Origin: a bacterium
GTDB lineage: Bacteria > Zhuqueibacterota > Zhuqueibacteria > Residuimicrobiales > Krinioviventaceae
Direction: 5' to 3'
NCBI GenBank assembly: GCA_963675755.2
Contig: CAXXMD010000003.1
Span: 32,001-96,000 of the forward strand
DNA length: 64,000 nt
The translations under genes were made by a program, and so were the position numbers. The notes under the pieces were generated by a model that saw only the letters and a program-made list of their open reading frames with translations, ran no database searches and was not told where the DNA came from. Positions 27,854 through 37,781 of this stretch are shown one piece after another; the first letter of the stretch is position 1; each line of letters opens with the position of its first letter.

Positions 27854-29137
27854 ATGAACATAAACAAAGACATAAAAGAGCTGCTAAAAGCTCAAATCAT
27901 TACTCCTGAAACTGCGGCAGACATTCAGGCCTATTACCAAAGCCGAAAGGCCAATGCCACAAATCGTTTGTTTGTCATTTTTGGAATTCTGGGTGCATTG
28001 CTTATTGGGCTGGGAATTATCCTGATCTTTGCTCACAATTGGGACACGCTGCCACGTTTATTCAAAACAGGATTAACCTTTCTCTTACTTTTCATTGCCC
28101 AATTAATTTGTGGCTATGCAATCACAAAAAAATCAACCAGCATAGCCTGGCGCGAAAGCAGTACCGTCTTTTTATTCCTGATAATTGGCGCAACCATTGC
28201 CCTGATCGGTCAGATCTATCATTTGCCCGGAAATTTGGGACGGTTTCTTTTAACATGGATGCTGTTGGGCCTTCCGCTTGTTTATCTGGCAAAATCATCC
28301 ATTTCATCTATACTGTACATTATCGGAATAACAGCATACGCCTGCGAGATAGGATATTGGATGCATCCGGTAGCCGAGTCATGGCTGTATTGGATTTTAT
28401 TACTGGCCATTATCCCCCATTTTATCATATTAATTCGCAATTATCCGGAAAGCGGATTCTTAACATTGCACAAATGGCTGCTTCCTCTTTCACCGGTTAT
28501 AACCCTGGGGACAATAGCATCCAACAATTCAGAATTCATGTTTGTTGCCTATATCAGCATGTTTGGTTTGTATCATATCATTGGTAATACACTATTCAAT
28601 AATGAGAAAAAAGCGATTAACAATGCTTTTACATTAACAGGAATTCTGGGTACTCTTTCCCTCTTGTTAACATTGAGTTTTGACTGGTTCTGGAACGAAC
28701 TGCAAAAAGGTTCATTCCATCCTGAATATATGCTGATATCAAGAGAAGGAATAACAGCTATACTCGTCACAATATTTGCAATCGTTTTAAAAATATTTGC
28801 GGCTTCCAGGTACAAAAAAATTGACCTCTCCCCCTTTTCTTATGCCTTTATTCTCTTTTTCTTTATTTTCCTTGCAGGAATGGCAACACCCAGCGCAGTA
28901 TTTCTGATTAATCTCTTGTTATTTGCAATGGGGCTGGGCGGAATTATTATGGGTGCAAAAAACGGAGAAATTCAAGAGTTAAATCTGGGTTTATTGGTCA
29001 TATCCGCATTAATTATCTGTCGTTTTTTCGATACAGAATTCAGCTTTGTAACCCGGGGTATTGTTTTTGTTTTAATCGGTTCCGGCTTTTTTACAGCAAA
29101 CTATTGGATGTTAAAAAAGAGAAAAGCAAATGCGTAA
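27854..29137 (+). CDS. DUF2157 family membrane protein
   Basis: LGALLIGLGIILIFAHNW and GATIALIGQIYHL motifs; many TM helices; coupled to the next gene. Confidence 0.85.
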   Translation: MNINKDIKELLKAQIITPETAADIQAYYQSRKANATNRLFVIFGILGALLIGLGIILIFAHNWDTLPRLFKTGLTFLLLFIAQLICGYAITKKSTSIAWRESSTVFLFLIIGATIALIGQIYHLPGNLGRFLLTWMLLGLPLVYLAKSSISSILYIIGITAYACEIGYWMHPVAESWLYWILLLAIIPHFIILIRNYPESGFLTLHKWLLPLSPVITLGTIASNNSEFMFVAYISMFGLYHIIGNTLFNNEKKAINNAFTLTGILGTLSLLLTLSFDWFWNELQKGSFHPEYMLISREGITAILVTIFAIVLKIFAASRYKKIDLSPFSYAFILFFFIFLAGMATPSAVFLINLLLFAMGLGGIIMGAKNGEIQELNLGLLVISALIICRFFDTEFSFVTRGIVFVLIGSGFFTANYWMLKKRKANA

Positions 29138-29693
29138 AAATAAAATCATACTATTGTTATTCATACTCGTTGCGCTGGCCCAGCTCTTTATCCCTGCATC
29201 CATGATAATCGATCGGGAAAATGTAATCAAGTACGGTAATAAGTTCAATTTTCTCACCGAACCGGTTGACCCTAACGATCCCTTTCATGGCAAATATATC
29301 GATCTTGCGTTTACTGAAACAGAATTCCCCCTAAATAGTGATACTTCCTGGGTGCCCAATGAAACGGTATTCGTTATCCTTAAAACAGATAAAGACGGTT
29401 TTGCCCGGATCCAATCCGTATCTAAAGAAAAACCGAAGAATTCGACAGACTATATCAAAGCTCAGGTTTATTATGTCCGCGCTGACGATGCAAATACAAT
29501 GGTCATCAATTATCCCTTTAGCAGATTTTATATGCAAGAGACAAAGGCCAAAAACGCAGAAGACCAGTTTAGAAAAGCCCAACGCAATAATTCAAAAAGC
29601 ACTTTTGCAATAATAAGCGTTTTAAATGGCAAAGCAGTTATCATTGATATTATGATAGATAACGTCTCTGTTACCAAGCTCGCTAAACCATAA
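29130..29693 (+). CDS. GDYXXLXY domain-containing membrane-anchored protein
   Basis: PVDPNDPFHGKYIDLAF variant motif and RFYMQE.KA; usual partner of DUF2157. Confidence 0.85.
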   Translation: MRKNKIILLLFILVALAQLFIPASMIIDRENVIKYGNKFNFLTEPVDPNDPFHGKYIDLAFTETEFPLNSDTSWVPNETVFVILKTDKDGFARIQSVSKEKPKNSTDYIKAQVYYVRADDANTMVINYPFSRFYMQETKAKNAEDQFRKAQRNNSKSTFAIISVLNGKAVIIDIMIDNVSVTKLAKP

Positions 29694-29696
29694 ATT

Positions 29697-31631
29697 TTAT
29701 TTCAATAACAGCATCCGAATTATTTCTTGTTGCCCATTTGTTGTCAATACCGCAGTATAAATACCACTCGAAACAGAATTCCCTGTACGGTCTAATCCTT
29801 TCCAGTCTGTTGTATATGTTCCTGCCGTCAAGATCTCTGAAACAAGTGTTGTCACTTTTCTTCCTGTCACATCATAAATATCCAATGTAACAAAGGTATT
29901 TTGAGGTATTGTATATTGAATAACAGTTCCCGCATTAAATGGATTGGGGTAATTGTTAAACAATTGCCATCCATCTGGCTCCGAATTGTTATCTTGAATA
30001 CCTGTATTTGCATAATTTTCAACACTTTTCGAGATACCGGCAATTTCAACAGGAGCTTTATCCATTGCTTGATAAAAACCGGAAAAACGGGTTACTTTAT
30101 CAGTATCATAAGCATTCAAATCTGCAACAAAATGGGGTGCAAGTGTCTGATAATACATAGTAACTGAAATATCATAATCCGTTACAGTATTATCAATAGC
30201 CATCTTGTAAGTGACATAATCACTTCCGGAACCTTCCTGGCCATCATCATTAAAATTGAAATTATTATCATTTAAAGCATTTCCACAGATTGCAATATCC
30301 TGATAATTTTCAGATACGCTCGTAAATCCTTTGGGCGGAATACGATTGTCTTTGGCATATTCAGCTCCTCGCAGCAGGGTATAGGTTACATCTCCATTCA
30401 CATCTTTCATAATTGCCTGGTAGATTTGTACCTGATCAGGTTGATTGATTTCATCATAATGAGGTTCATATCCATCGTCTATACCTGCCACCTCACCATT
30501 ATCATCCGGTTTTCCGGATTCAAAAACAATATTCTCATTATTATCTTGAATGACAACATGCAGCCACGCCCGGCGACTGGGAAAGCCGGTGGGGAACTTG
30601 TGTCCTGCAAGATTTTCAACAAGTACCTGTGTTACAAGGGTATCATCATCAATCCAGGCTGTTGCAGATAAATTGACAGCCTGTTGCTGCAACATCCTTT
30701 TAGATTTATTCATCGTGCTGTCAAAATGCTGTACTGCAGCTGTTGCACCAATAACATCCAGATTATTTTTTATCAGCGTGCCCATAAAAACATTCCCTCC
30801 CACAAATTCATGTCCCCAGGTAGGTGAACGCTTTGTGGTAAGTGAAGGCGGCCGTGTAGAAATAAGCATAGATTCTTCTGTAACCGGCATATGACAGGTT
30901 TGACATTCAACAGACTCGTCGGGATAACCGCTGTTTTCCCATTCCAGATAAGGTGTCTGTTCAGGGAAATAACCGGCTACCTGGCCCATATCATCCACAA
31001 ATGGAGTATACAAGGTGTGGCAAGTGGCACATAGTTCTGACTTGTGTACATGTTCAGAATATACAGGGGTATACCCCGTCATATTAAACATCGGCATGGT
31101 AGTGGGATTTGTATAGGGTCCAAAGATGGAATGCACATTGGTAATATCATATCCACCGGTAAAACTTGCTTCAGTGCCCAAATTTGAATTTTGAATTTGA
31201 TGACAGAGGGTGCAGCTCACTCCATCCATGCTCAAGGGATCAGCCAAACCCTCATCAAATGTATACCCCTCCGCTCCTGTAACAACAGATTCTGTACGTC
31301 CCATTGGCATATGACAGGTTGCGCATTTATCTTCAATTACAGCTTGTAATGCAGGATTCGCCGCAACCTCGGCACTAACCTTTGCCTGCCATAACGGATC
31401 CCGTGAAGCATTGGCCATCATGGTTGAACGCCATAGCGTTGTGGGAGAAACATCATCGCCACTCTGCGTGGTAAAAGCATTTCCATCAGAAATATGACAT
31501 TGGGCGCAATTACCAGAGCCGGAAAAATGTGTAGAAGTTGATACGGTCAGGGTTTGAGAATAAATTGAAAGCGAAAATACAAATACAATTGACAGTGTAA
31601 AGGTCAGGATTCTGAATAAATACTTTATCAT
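29697..31631 (-). CDS. Pentaheme c-type cytochrome with T9SS-type/FlgD-Ig C-terminal domain
   Basis: Signal peptide; five CxxCH motifs (CAQCH, CATCH, CTLCH, CATCH, CQTCH); GHKFPTG motif; NYPNPFN...W.G.D..G..VSSGIY tail. Confidence 0.88.
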   Translation of the reverse strand: MIKYLFRILTFTLSIVFVFSLSIYSQTLTVSTSTHFSGSGNCAQCHISDGNAFTTQSGDDVSPTTLWRSTMMANASRDPLWQAKVSAEVAANPALQAVIEDKCATCHMPMGRTESVVTGAEGYTFDEGLADPLSMDGVSCTLCHQIQNSNLGTEASFTGGYDITNVHSIFGPYTNPTTMPMFNMTGYTPVYSEHVHKSELCATCHTLYTPFVDDMGQVAGYFPEQTPYLEWENSGYPDESVECQTCHMPVTEESMLISTRPPSLTTKRSPTWGHEFVGGNVFMGTLIKNNLDVIGATAAVQHFDSTMNKSKRMLQQQAVNLSATAWIDDDTLVTQVLVENLAGHKFPTGFPSRRAWLHVVIQDNNENIVFESGKPDDNGEVAGIDDGYEPHYDEINQPDQVQIYQAIMKDVNGDVTYTLLRGAEYAKDNRIPPKGFTSVSENYQDIAICGNALNDNNFNFNDDGQEGSGSDYVTYKMAIDNTVTDYDISVTMYYQTLAPHFVADLNAYDTDKVTRFSGFYQAMDKAPVEIAGISKSVENYANTGIQDNNSEPDGWQLFNNYPNPFNAGTVIQYTIPQNTFVTLDIYDVTGRKVTTLVSEILTAGTYTTDWKGLDRTGNSVSSGIYTAVLTTNGQQEIIRMLLLK

Positions 31632-32027
31632 CTTTGTGATCTCCAGTTAAATTTCAAAACTTGATTAATAACATGGTCACATTTTAAATTCAATATATAA
31701 TAAATTAGCAACTTCCATTCCAAAATCAATTTAAATATTTATTTTTATATAAATTAGCCACAAAACTTTTTAAAGTTGATTTTTTTCATTCATTTCGTTA
31801 CCGGTAACTTGTAATTTCAAAAAAACAGGTATTTTTTTTCAACTTTGATGGAATGGATTTCACAATCCAATGGTCTAATGGGTGTTTAATGATGGTTAAA
31901 TCCGGTAGAATTAACCGATAAAATCTTTTTTAAAATCCATCAGTTGACCAAAATATTTACAAAACAAGGTAACGTAATTATTCACAAACCCCAACCCATC
32001 AACTAAATGAAAGGGAGACCGAATATC

Positions 32028-33122
32028 ATGCTAAAGGAATCGACAAGACCCACACTTTTAAAAATTTTGTATATACTATTATTTTCCCTGGCCGTATTCT
32101 CATTTGTCAGTTGCAGCGACGATGATGATGATGACGATGATCTCGTTGGAGATTGGACAGAACTGTCTGATCTCGATGGAGTACCCCGGTCAGATGCTGT
32201 TGCTTTTGTTATCGGCACAAAAGCTTATATTGGCACGGGTTATGACGGTGAAGATCGCCTCAAAGATTTTTGGGAATATGATTCTGACCTCAATTCATGG
32301 ACCCGTATAGCGGATTTCCCTGGTACAGCGCGTAATGGTGCTGTCGCCTTTGCAACAGATTCAAAAGGTTACGTTGGTACAGGTTATGACGGTTCAGACA
32401 AACTACAGGATTTTTATGAATACGATCCTTCAACAAATGAATGGACCCAAATAGCAGATTTTCCGGGTTCGGCAAGATATGGAGCGGTTGCTTTTGCTAT
32501 TGACAATATAGGTTATGTAGGTACAGGTTACGATGACAATGTACTCAAAGATTTTTACAGCTATAATCCCGATGGTAACGAATGGACCAAAATCATCAGC
32601 ATTGAAGGCGGCAAACGTAAAGATGCGGTAGCCTTTGTTATTGATGGTTTAGGTTATGTGTGTACAGGAATAGCAAATGGTTCATATGAAGATGATTTTT
32701 GGGCATATGATCCCGAGGAAGGCAACTGGGTCAAAAAACGTGATATTTATGATGTCTCTGATAATGAATACGACGATGATTATACCAACATTATTGGCAC
32801 CAACAAAGTTGCTTTTACTGTAAATGGCAAAGGTTATGTTGCTACCGGTGGTCTCAGCACAACCGGTACCGCTGTTTGGGAATATAATCCCGATACAGAT
32901 TTATGGACTCAAAAAACCTCACTTGAAGCTTCCTCACGTCTCGATGCAGTTGGTTTTGCAATTGGTGATATTGGTTACGTAGCCACAGGTAAAGATGGCA
33001 GTGCTGAAGATGATGACTTTGACGACCTGTGGGGATTCAAACCCGGCGCTACACAGGTAGATCTGAATAAAATTATTGTTGTTGATAATAGCAGCAGTTC
33101 TCTGCTTATAGTCAATAATTAA
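32028..33122 (+). CDS. Kelch-repeat lipoprotein (start 32028 or 32007)
   Basis: Lipobox-like FVSC followed by poly-Asp; repeated R..AVAF.I...GYVGTG....DF.EYD...N.W blades. Confidence 0.88.
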   Translation: MLKESTRPTLLKILYILLFSLAVFSFVSCSDDDDDDDDLVGDWTELSDLDGVPRSDAVAFVIGTKAYIGTGYDGEDRLKDFWEYDSDLNSWTRIADFPGTARNGAVAFATDSKGYVGTGYDGSDKLQDFYEYDPSTNEWTQIADFPGSARYGAVAFAIDNIGYVGTGYDDNVLKDFYSYNPDGNEWTKIISIEGGKRKDAVAFVIDGLGYVCTGIANGSYEDDFWAYDPEEGNWVKKRDIYDVSDNEYDDDYTNIIGTNKVAFTVNGKGYVATGGLSTTGTAVWEYNPDTDLWTQKTSLEASSRLDAVGFAIGDIGYVATGKDGSAEDDDFDDLWGFKPGATQVDLNKIIVVDNSSSSLLIVNN

Positions 33123-33131
33123 AATCAGTCA

Positions 33132-33160
33132 GGCCTGTGTGCAAACAATACACACAGGCT
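33132..33160 (+). other. Intra-operon stem-loop without a U-tract
   Basis: GCCTGTGTG-caaacaata-CACACAGGC. Confidence 0.6.
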
Positions 33161-33207
33161 CCCAGTTTCAGATCAAAAAAACCGATTCATTCTAAAATGA
33201 GACTTTT

Positions 33208-34530
33208 ATGAATATAAAGATAAAACAGGTACCCGGTTTTGCAGCGATGGTTTATATTCTGTATACCTTGATATTGTTTAGCTCCGGATTTTTCTTTTCC
33301 TGTTCCAAAGATTCGGATACTTCTATGGGTTCAGATTATGTCAATTCACAAACCGGGTACCAGTTGATTGACACATTGTCTGTAAACCTCTCCACAATCA
33401 TCATAGATACACTCGAGGCTTCCAGCTCGGGCAGCATTCTTTTGGGATACCATAGTGATGAAACTTTTGGAGATGTTTCATGCAGCAGTTTCTTTCAATT
33501 GGGAATTCCGGATACTTGTAACATAGAAACAACAGACACATATGATTCGCTTGCATTGGTGCTAACCTATAATAAATATGTTTATGGAGATACGACACTT
33601 GAACAGAAAATTTTGGTCCACCAATTAACCGAGGTCATAGATGAAGAAGACTCGCTAATTACCAATCAAACCACTTATGAGTATGATCCCAATCCTATTG
33701 GCTCAATTGTCTATACACCTTCTCCTAATAATCCTGTAGACACATTGGTAATCAGAATAGACGATGCAATTGGTCGTGATTTGTATACAAAAATCATTCA
33801 GGAAAACTCTATTGTTACAAACATAAATGATTTCATCGACTATTTTAAAGGGCTCACACTCATTGCAGACGATGCATACCGAGGATGTATAGTAGGATTT
33901 GAAGGCGATGTAGGTGAAGTCAAGCTATCGCTTTTCACTACCAGAAAGGCGTATGATACGGAACACTTGGTTCATGAGTTCAGTCTTTATAATGCATCAA
34001 AACAATTCAACCATATTACACATGATTTTAGTACAACACAATTGAGTGCACTGATTGATCAAAAAAACGCGCTTCCAAGTACTGAAACCCATGGTCTGGC
34101 GTATTTATATGGTGGAATTGGTCTTGCTATCCGGGTAGATTTCCCATCCTTGGGAGACATTCTCTACCTTGATCGCGGAAAGATACTGAAAGCAACACTC
34201 TCCCTTGCACCTCAAAAAGGAAGTTATAATGAATATGACCTGCCGTCACAGATCTATATTTATGAGGCAGATATTCTTAACAATTATGACTATACAGGCA
34301 ATCTTTATTCGTCTTATCAGTATTTAGACAATCTCTATCATGAGGAAACCTACTATTCTTTTGATTTAACCAGTTTTATCACTGACGAAGTATCCGACTC
34401 TTATATTGATCCTGACAGAGGGCTATTGGTTACCCTGCTGGCAGAAAACCTGATAGCACAGTTCGATCGATTGATCATTGATCAGGATAATAACAAAACA
34501 AACCTTAAAATCTATTATTTATCTTATTGA
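33208..34530 (+). CDS. DUF4270-like lipoprotein
   Basis: Lipobox-like FFSC; IDTLSV.LST, LLG...D..FG, YDSL.LVL, F..YFKGL motifs; sits between Kelch and OMP genes. Confidence 0.75.
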   Translation: MNIKIKQVPGFAAMVYILYTLILFSSGFFFSCSKDSDTSMGSDYVNSQTGYQLIDTLSVNLSTIIIDTLEASSSGSILLGYHSDETFGDVSCSSFFQLGIPDTCNIETTDTYDSLALVLTYNKYVYGDTTLEQKILVHQLTEVIDEEDSLITNQTTYEYDPNPIGSIVYTPSPNNPVDTLVIRIDDAIGRDLYTKIIQENSIVTNINDFIDYFKGLTLIADDAYRGCIVGFEGDVGEVKLSLFTTRKAYDTEHLVHEFSLYNASKQFNHITHDFSTTQLSALIDQKNALPSTETHGLAYLYGGIGLAIRVDFPSLGDILYLDRGKILKATLSLAPQKGSYNEYDLPSQIYIYEADILNNYDYTGNLYSSYQYLDNLYHEETYYSFDLTSFITDEVSDSYIDPDRGLLVTLLAENLIAQFDRLIIDQDNNKTNLKIYYLSY

Positions 34531-34536
34531 GATATA

Positions 34537-35772
34537 ATGAAAATGATGAAAAAATTGATACCGATATGTTTATTCGTAATTCTGTTACTACCTGTTACAT
34601 CCAAAGCCCAATCTAAAAACTCTGTCTATTCCATGTTTGGAGTTGGGCAGATCATAGATAACAGCTTTGGTATTAACAAATCCCTTGGCGGTACGGGTAT
34701 TGCTTTTCAATCCGGCAGGACCATCAACCATATGAATCCGGCAGGTTATCTGGGTATTCTGCCTAGCTCATTCATGATGGAAACCGGCGCTTATGGGATC
34801 TATAATCAATATGAAAGCGACAATGAAACCAAAAGTAGTGGAAATATTAACGCAAGTTACTTTGCCGCAGCCTTGTACATGAAAAACTGGTGGGCAATGA
34901 GTTTTGGAATTACCCCATTCAGTTATGTTGATTATGAAATATATACCACTACCAATATGCAAGGGGAAAGTAGTGCCATTACACAAAAGTTCACCGGTTC
35001 AGGAAGTCTAAACCGTGCTTACTGGGGAAACTCTTTCAAAATATACAAAGGACTTGCAGCTGGTTTTAATGCGAGTTATATCTTTGGCCCCATTGAACAA
35101 TCAGAAATCGCTGAAAGTGGCACCAGCTTTACCGGCTACGAACTTGCTAACAAGCGCACAGTTTATGGTTTTTATTCGGATTATGGTTTGCAATATTGTC
35201 ATGAAATAAATAACTGGCTTTACTCAATGGGTATGGTATTCGGATTGGGTAAAGACCTGAATGCTATTGATAACATGGAACTCACTTATGAAGATGAAAC
35301 CATAACCATTGAAGAAGATGAAGACGTAAAACTCACCATTCCGGCAAAATTTGGCTTGGGAATTTCAGTCAGGAACAGCGGCGGTTTTAGAGCAGGTTTT
35401 GATTATCAATGGAAAAACTGGTCTGCAATTGATTTGTCAGACAAAGATTATAAAGTCCAGGACAGTAATCGTTATTCAGTCGGCATAGAATATTCTCCTT
35501 ATAAAACTTTGAAAGACAATCTTTTCAAAAGGCTCGTTTATCGCGTAGGTGCCAATTATAAAAACACATATTTACAGGTAGACAATACAGAGGTCAATTC
35601 TGCGGCTGTAAACGTAGGAATTGGAATTCCCTGGAACCGAATCAACATTCTCAATCTTGCTCTGGAGTATGGTCAGGAAGGCACTCTGAACCGTGGGATG
35701 ATCAAAGACAATTACTTTCAAGTATACCTCAACCTCACCATCCACGATTTTTGGAATGTTCGCAAAAGATAA
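34537..35772 (+). CDS. Outer-membrane beta-barrel (FadL/PorV-like family)
   Basis: Signal peptide; S.YSMFGVG, SLGGTGIA, NPA motif, FGITPFS.V.Y, ASYIFG; amphipathic strands. Confidence 0.8.
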   Translation: MKMMKKLIPICLFVILLLPVTSKAQSKNSVYSMFGVGQIIDNSFGINKSLGGTGIAFQSGRTINHMNPAGYLGILPSSFMMETGAYGIYNQYESDNETKSSGNINASYFAAALYMKNWWAMSFGITPFSYVDYEIYTTTNMQGESSAITQKFTGSGSLNRAYWGNSFKIYKGLAAGFNASYIFGPIEQSEIAESGTSFTGYELANKRTVYGFYSDYGLQYCHEINNWLYSMGMVFGLGKDLNAIDNMELTYEDETITIEEDEDVKLTIPAKFGLGISVRNSGGFRAGFDYQWKNWSAIDLSDKDYKVQDSNRYSVGIEYSPYKTLKDNLFKRLVYRVGANYKNTYLQVDNTEVNSAAVNVGIGIPWNRINILNLALEYGQEGTLNRGMIKDNYFQVYLNLTIHDFWNVRKR

Positions 35773-35773
35773 T

Positions 35774-35813
35774 AAAAAAAGGGATTGAGCAAAACTTACT
35801 CAATCCCTTTTTT
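35774..35813. terminator. Bidirectional intrinsic terminator
   Basis: A7-GGGATTGAG-loop-CTCAATCCC-T6 between convergent genes. Confidence 0.88.
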
Positions 35814-35835
35814 AACAAATGCACTAAACTAGAAA

Positions 35836-36201
35836 TCAATTTATAGGTAACATTCTAATTCTATACTTGTTGTCATCAATGCTTACAATCGCACCTTTTT
35901 CTAAAAATTCTTTTGAGGAATCTAAAACAAATAATAATCGTCCATTTACATTTTCTGGTTTAGCATTAGATAAACGCAATAAAATCACACTTGGCAGTTT
36001 CTTTCCTGATGCGGCCATCAAGTCCGTAAAATCAAGGTCAAACGTTAAAACGGCTCTATTTTCTTTTATGGCAATATCAAGAATTTCAGTATCAGTAGCT
36101 TTATGCAATCCTCTATCACGGACATGTAAAACATCATAATCATGATCACGTAAAAAGTTTACTGTACTTGAAGATATACACATATCGGCAAGAAATTTCA
36201 A
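35836..36201 (-). CDS. DUF5615 family PIN-like toxin (VapC45-like)
   Basis: MKFLADMCIS...D..I...A..E.R..LTFDLDF; TTG start overlaps the upstream TGA. Confidence 0.88.
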   Translation of the reverse strand: MKFLADMCISSSTVNFLRDHDYDVLHVRDRGLHKATDTEILDIAIKENRAVLTFDLDFTDLMAASGKKLPSVILLRLSNAKPENVNGRLLFVLDSSKEFLEKGAIVSIDDNKYRIRMLPIN

Positions 36202-36434
36202 ACCGTAGCCTCGGGTGTAGTGATAATTTCATCCATAGCTAAATAAGCTGCATATTTTAGACATTGTTGAATATCAAGTTGGTTCAAATCAGGATATTCA
36301 CGCATTATATCTTCATTCGTCAAACCATTTGCCATCAAATTCAATACCATAGATACAGTAATTCGCATTCCCCTTATACACGCTTTTCCCCCCATAATAT
36401 GTTTATTGAATGTTATTCTATCCAAAGAGTTCAT
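36198..36434 (-). CDS. DUF433 family antitoxin
   Basis: RIT....IMGGKACIRGMRITV..VL..MA.G.....I..EYPDL...DI..CL.YAA; ATG 36434 with GGAGA RBS. Confidence 0.92.
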   Translation of the reverse strand: MNSLDRITFNKHIMGGKACIRGMRITVSMVLNLMANGLTNEDIMREYPDLNQLDIQQCLKYAAYLAMDEIITTPEATV

Positions 36435-36509
36435 TACATATCTCCACAACTTGTTTACTGTAACATAAAAGTTATATCAGATAATGTCAATATTTTTCTA
36501 AACAGGTCA

Positions 36510-37781
36510 TTAAATCTTTCCACAGCACTTTTTATATTTCTTTCCGCTGCCACAGGGACAGGGATCATTACGTCCTACGTCGGCATGATCTTTACGTATA
36601 GTTTTTGTCTTTTGCGGTTCCTTCATTCCCCGTTCAATCATCCATGCATCCGCCATTTCACGTAATTTTGTATCCGCATGTTCGAAAAACATTTTATATG
36701 ATTGGCAAAACTGATTTGATCCACCGGTTTCAGGATTCCCGGACCGGTCTTTGGGGCACCCGCCATAACAGTGATTCAACCATTTACACGTTTCACACTC
36801 GCGGGGTCGTTTCAACTTTTCTGCGCCAAACATATTTTGTAATGGAGAGTTGAGCAAATCACCCAGGTTATCATCCTTAATTGTACCCAATTTCCATTCC
36901 GGATCTACAAAAAAATCACAGGAATAGACATCACCATTGTGCTCTATAACGGTATATATTCCACATTCTTTTAGCAGGGTACATTCAGGAGCATCATAGC
37001 CAACATAGGTGTAAAATAATGAATCAAACCATCTCACCGATGTAGTGGGCATGCCCATCCTAAAATCACCTTGCCATAAATCAAAAATATTGCATAAAAA
37101 ATCACCAAAAGCCTCGGGCGTTACTGTATAAGGTGCCGCTTTCCTCGGATTCAAGGGATCGGGTTCAACACAGGGTATAAACTGCATGTGAGAAAGACCA
37201 CCTTTTTTGTGAAAATCATATATCTCTTCCGGATACTGAACAGAATAGTCATTCACAACTACGAGCGCATTTACCTCGGTCCCTACTTCCAGCATGATAT
37301 CCCGAGCCTTAACAACACGATCCCAGCTTGATTTACCACTGGGAAACTTGCGGTACTGGTCATGTATATGCTGTGGACCATCAAGTGATAAACCTACCAG
37401 AAACTGTGCGTCTTTGAGAAACCGGGCCCACTCTTCATTGATTAATACACCATTGGTTTGCAGCCCGTTTCCAACTACCTGCCCTTGCCTGCCATATTTA
37501 CGCTGATATTCAACAGCTTTTTGATAAAATTCCAACCCCATCAATGTGGGTTCTCCACCCTGCCATCCAAAAGAAACACTTTGTCCACCCTGCTGCATAA
37601 TCTGACGAACCATTTCTTTCAATGTCTCATCCGACATGCGATGTACCTTTTGAGCTGAAAACATATCAGCCTTTTCAAGATAAAAGCAATACGTACACCC
37701 CAGGTTACAATCGGGACCAGCGGGTTTAACAAGTACAGAACTCAGTGTCTTTTTCATAATGGGCCTTGGTGATTTATTCAA
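36510..37781 (-). CDS. Anaerobic sulfatase maturase (radical SAM/SPASM) with C-terminal SEC-C motif
   Basis: [36 protein letters not shown]...[26 protein letters not shown]; start TTG 37781 or ATG 37757. Confidence 0.92.
   Translation of the reverse strand: MNKSPRPIMKKTLSSVLVKPAGPDCNLGCTYCFYLEKADMFSAQKVHRMSDETLKEMVRQIMQQGGQSVSFGWQGGEPTLMGLEFYQKAVEYQRKYGRQGQVVGNGLQTNGVLINEEWARFLKDAQFLVGLSLDGPQHIHDQYRKFPSGKSSWDRVVKARDIMLEVGTEVNALVVVNDYSVQYPEEIYDFHKKGGLSHMQFIPCVEPDPLNPRKAAPYTVTPEAFGDFLCNIFDLWQGDFRMGMPTTSVRWFDSLFYTYVGYDAPECTLLKECGIYTVIEHNGDVYSCDFFVDPEWKLGTIKDDNLGDLLNSPLQNMFGAEKLKRPRECETCKWLNHCYGGCPKDRSGNPETGGSNQFCQSYKMFFEHADTKLREMADAWMIERGMKEPQKTKTIRKDHADVGRNDPCPCGSGKKYKKCCGKI

Noticed and set aside
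31840-32006. Possible LytTR-type direct repeats (aatggtctaat/gatggttaaat, 22 bp apart) upstream of the Kelch gene
   Set aside because: Too degenerate to support, and no LytTR regulator is nearby.
36510-37781. Radical SAM/SPASM enzyme as a RiPP maturase (with TldD/PmbA or peptidases as processing enzymes)
   Set aside because: The motifs fit the anaerobic sulfatase maturase family, no precursor peptide or RRE is adjacent, and tldD/pmbA are 15 kb away.
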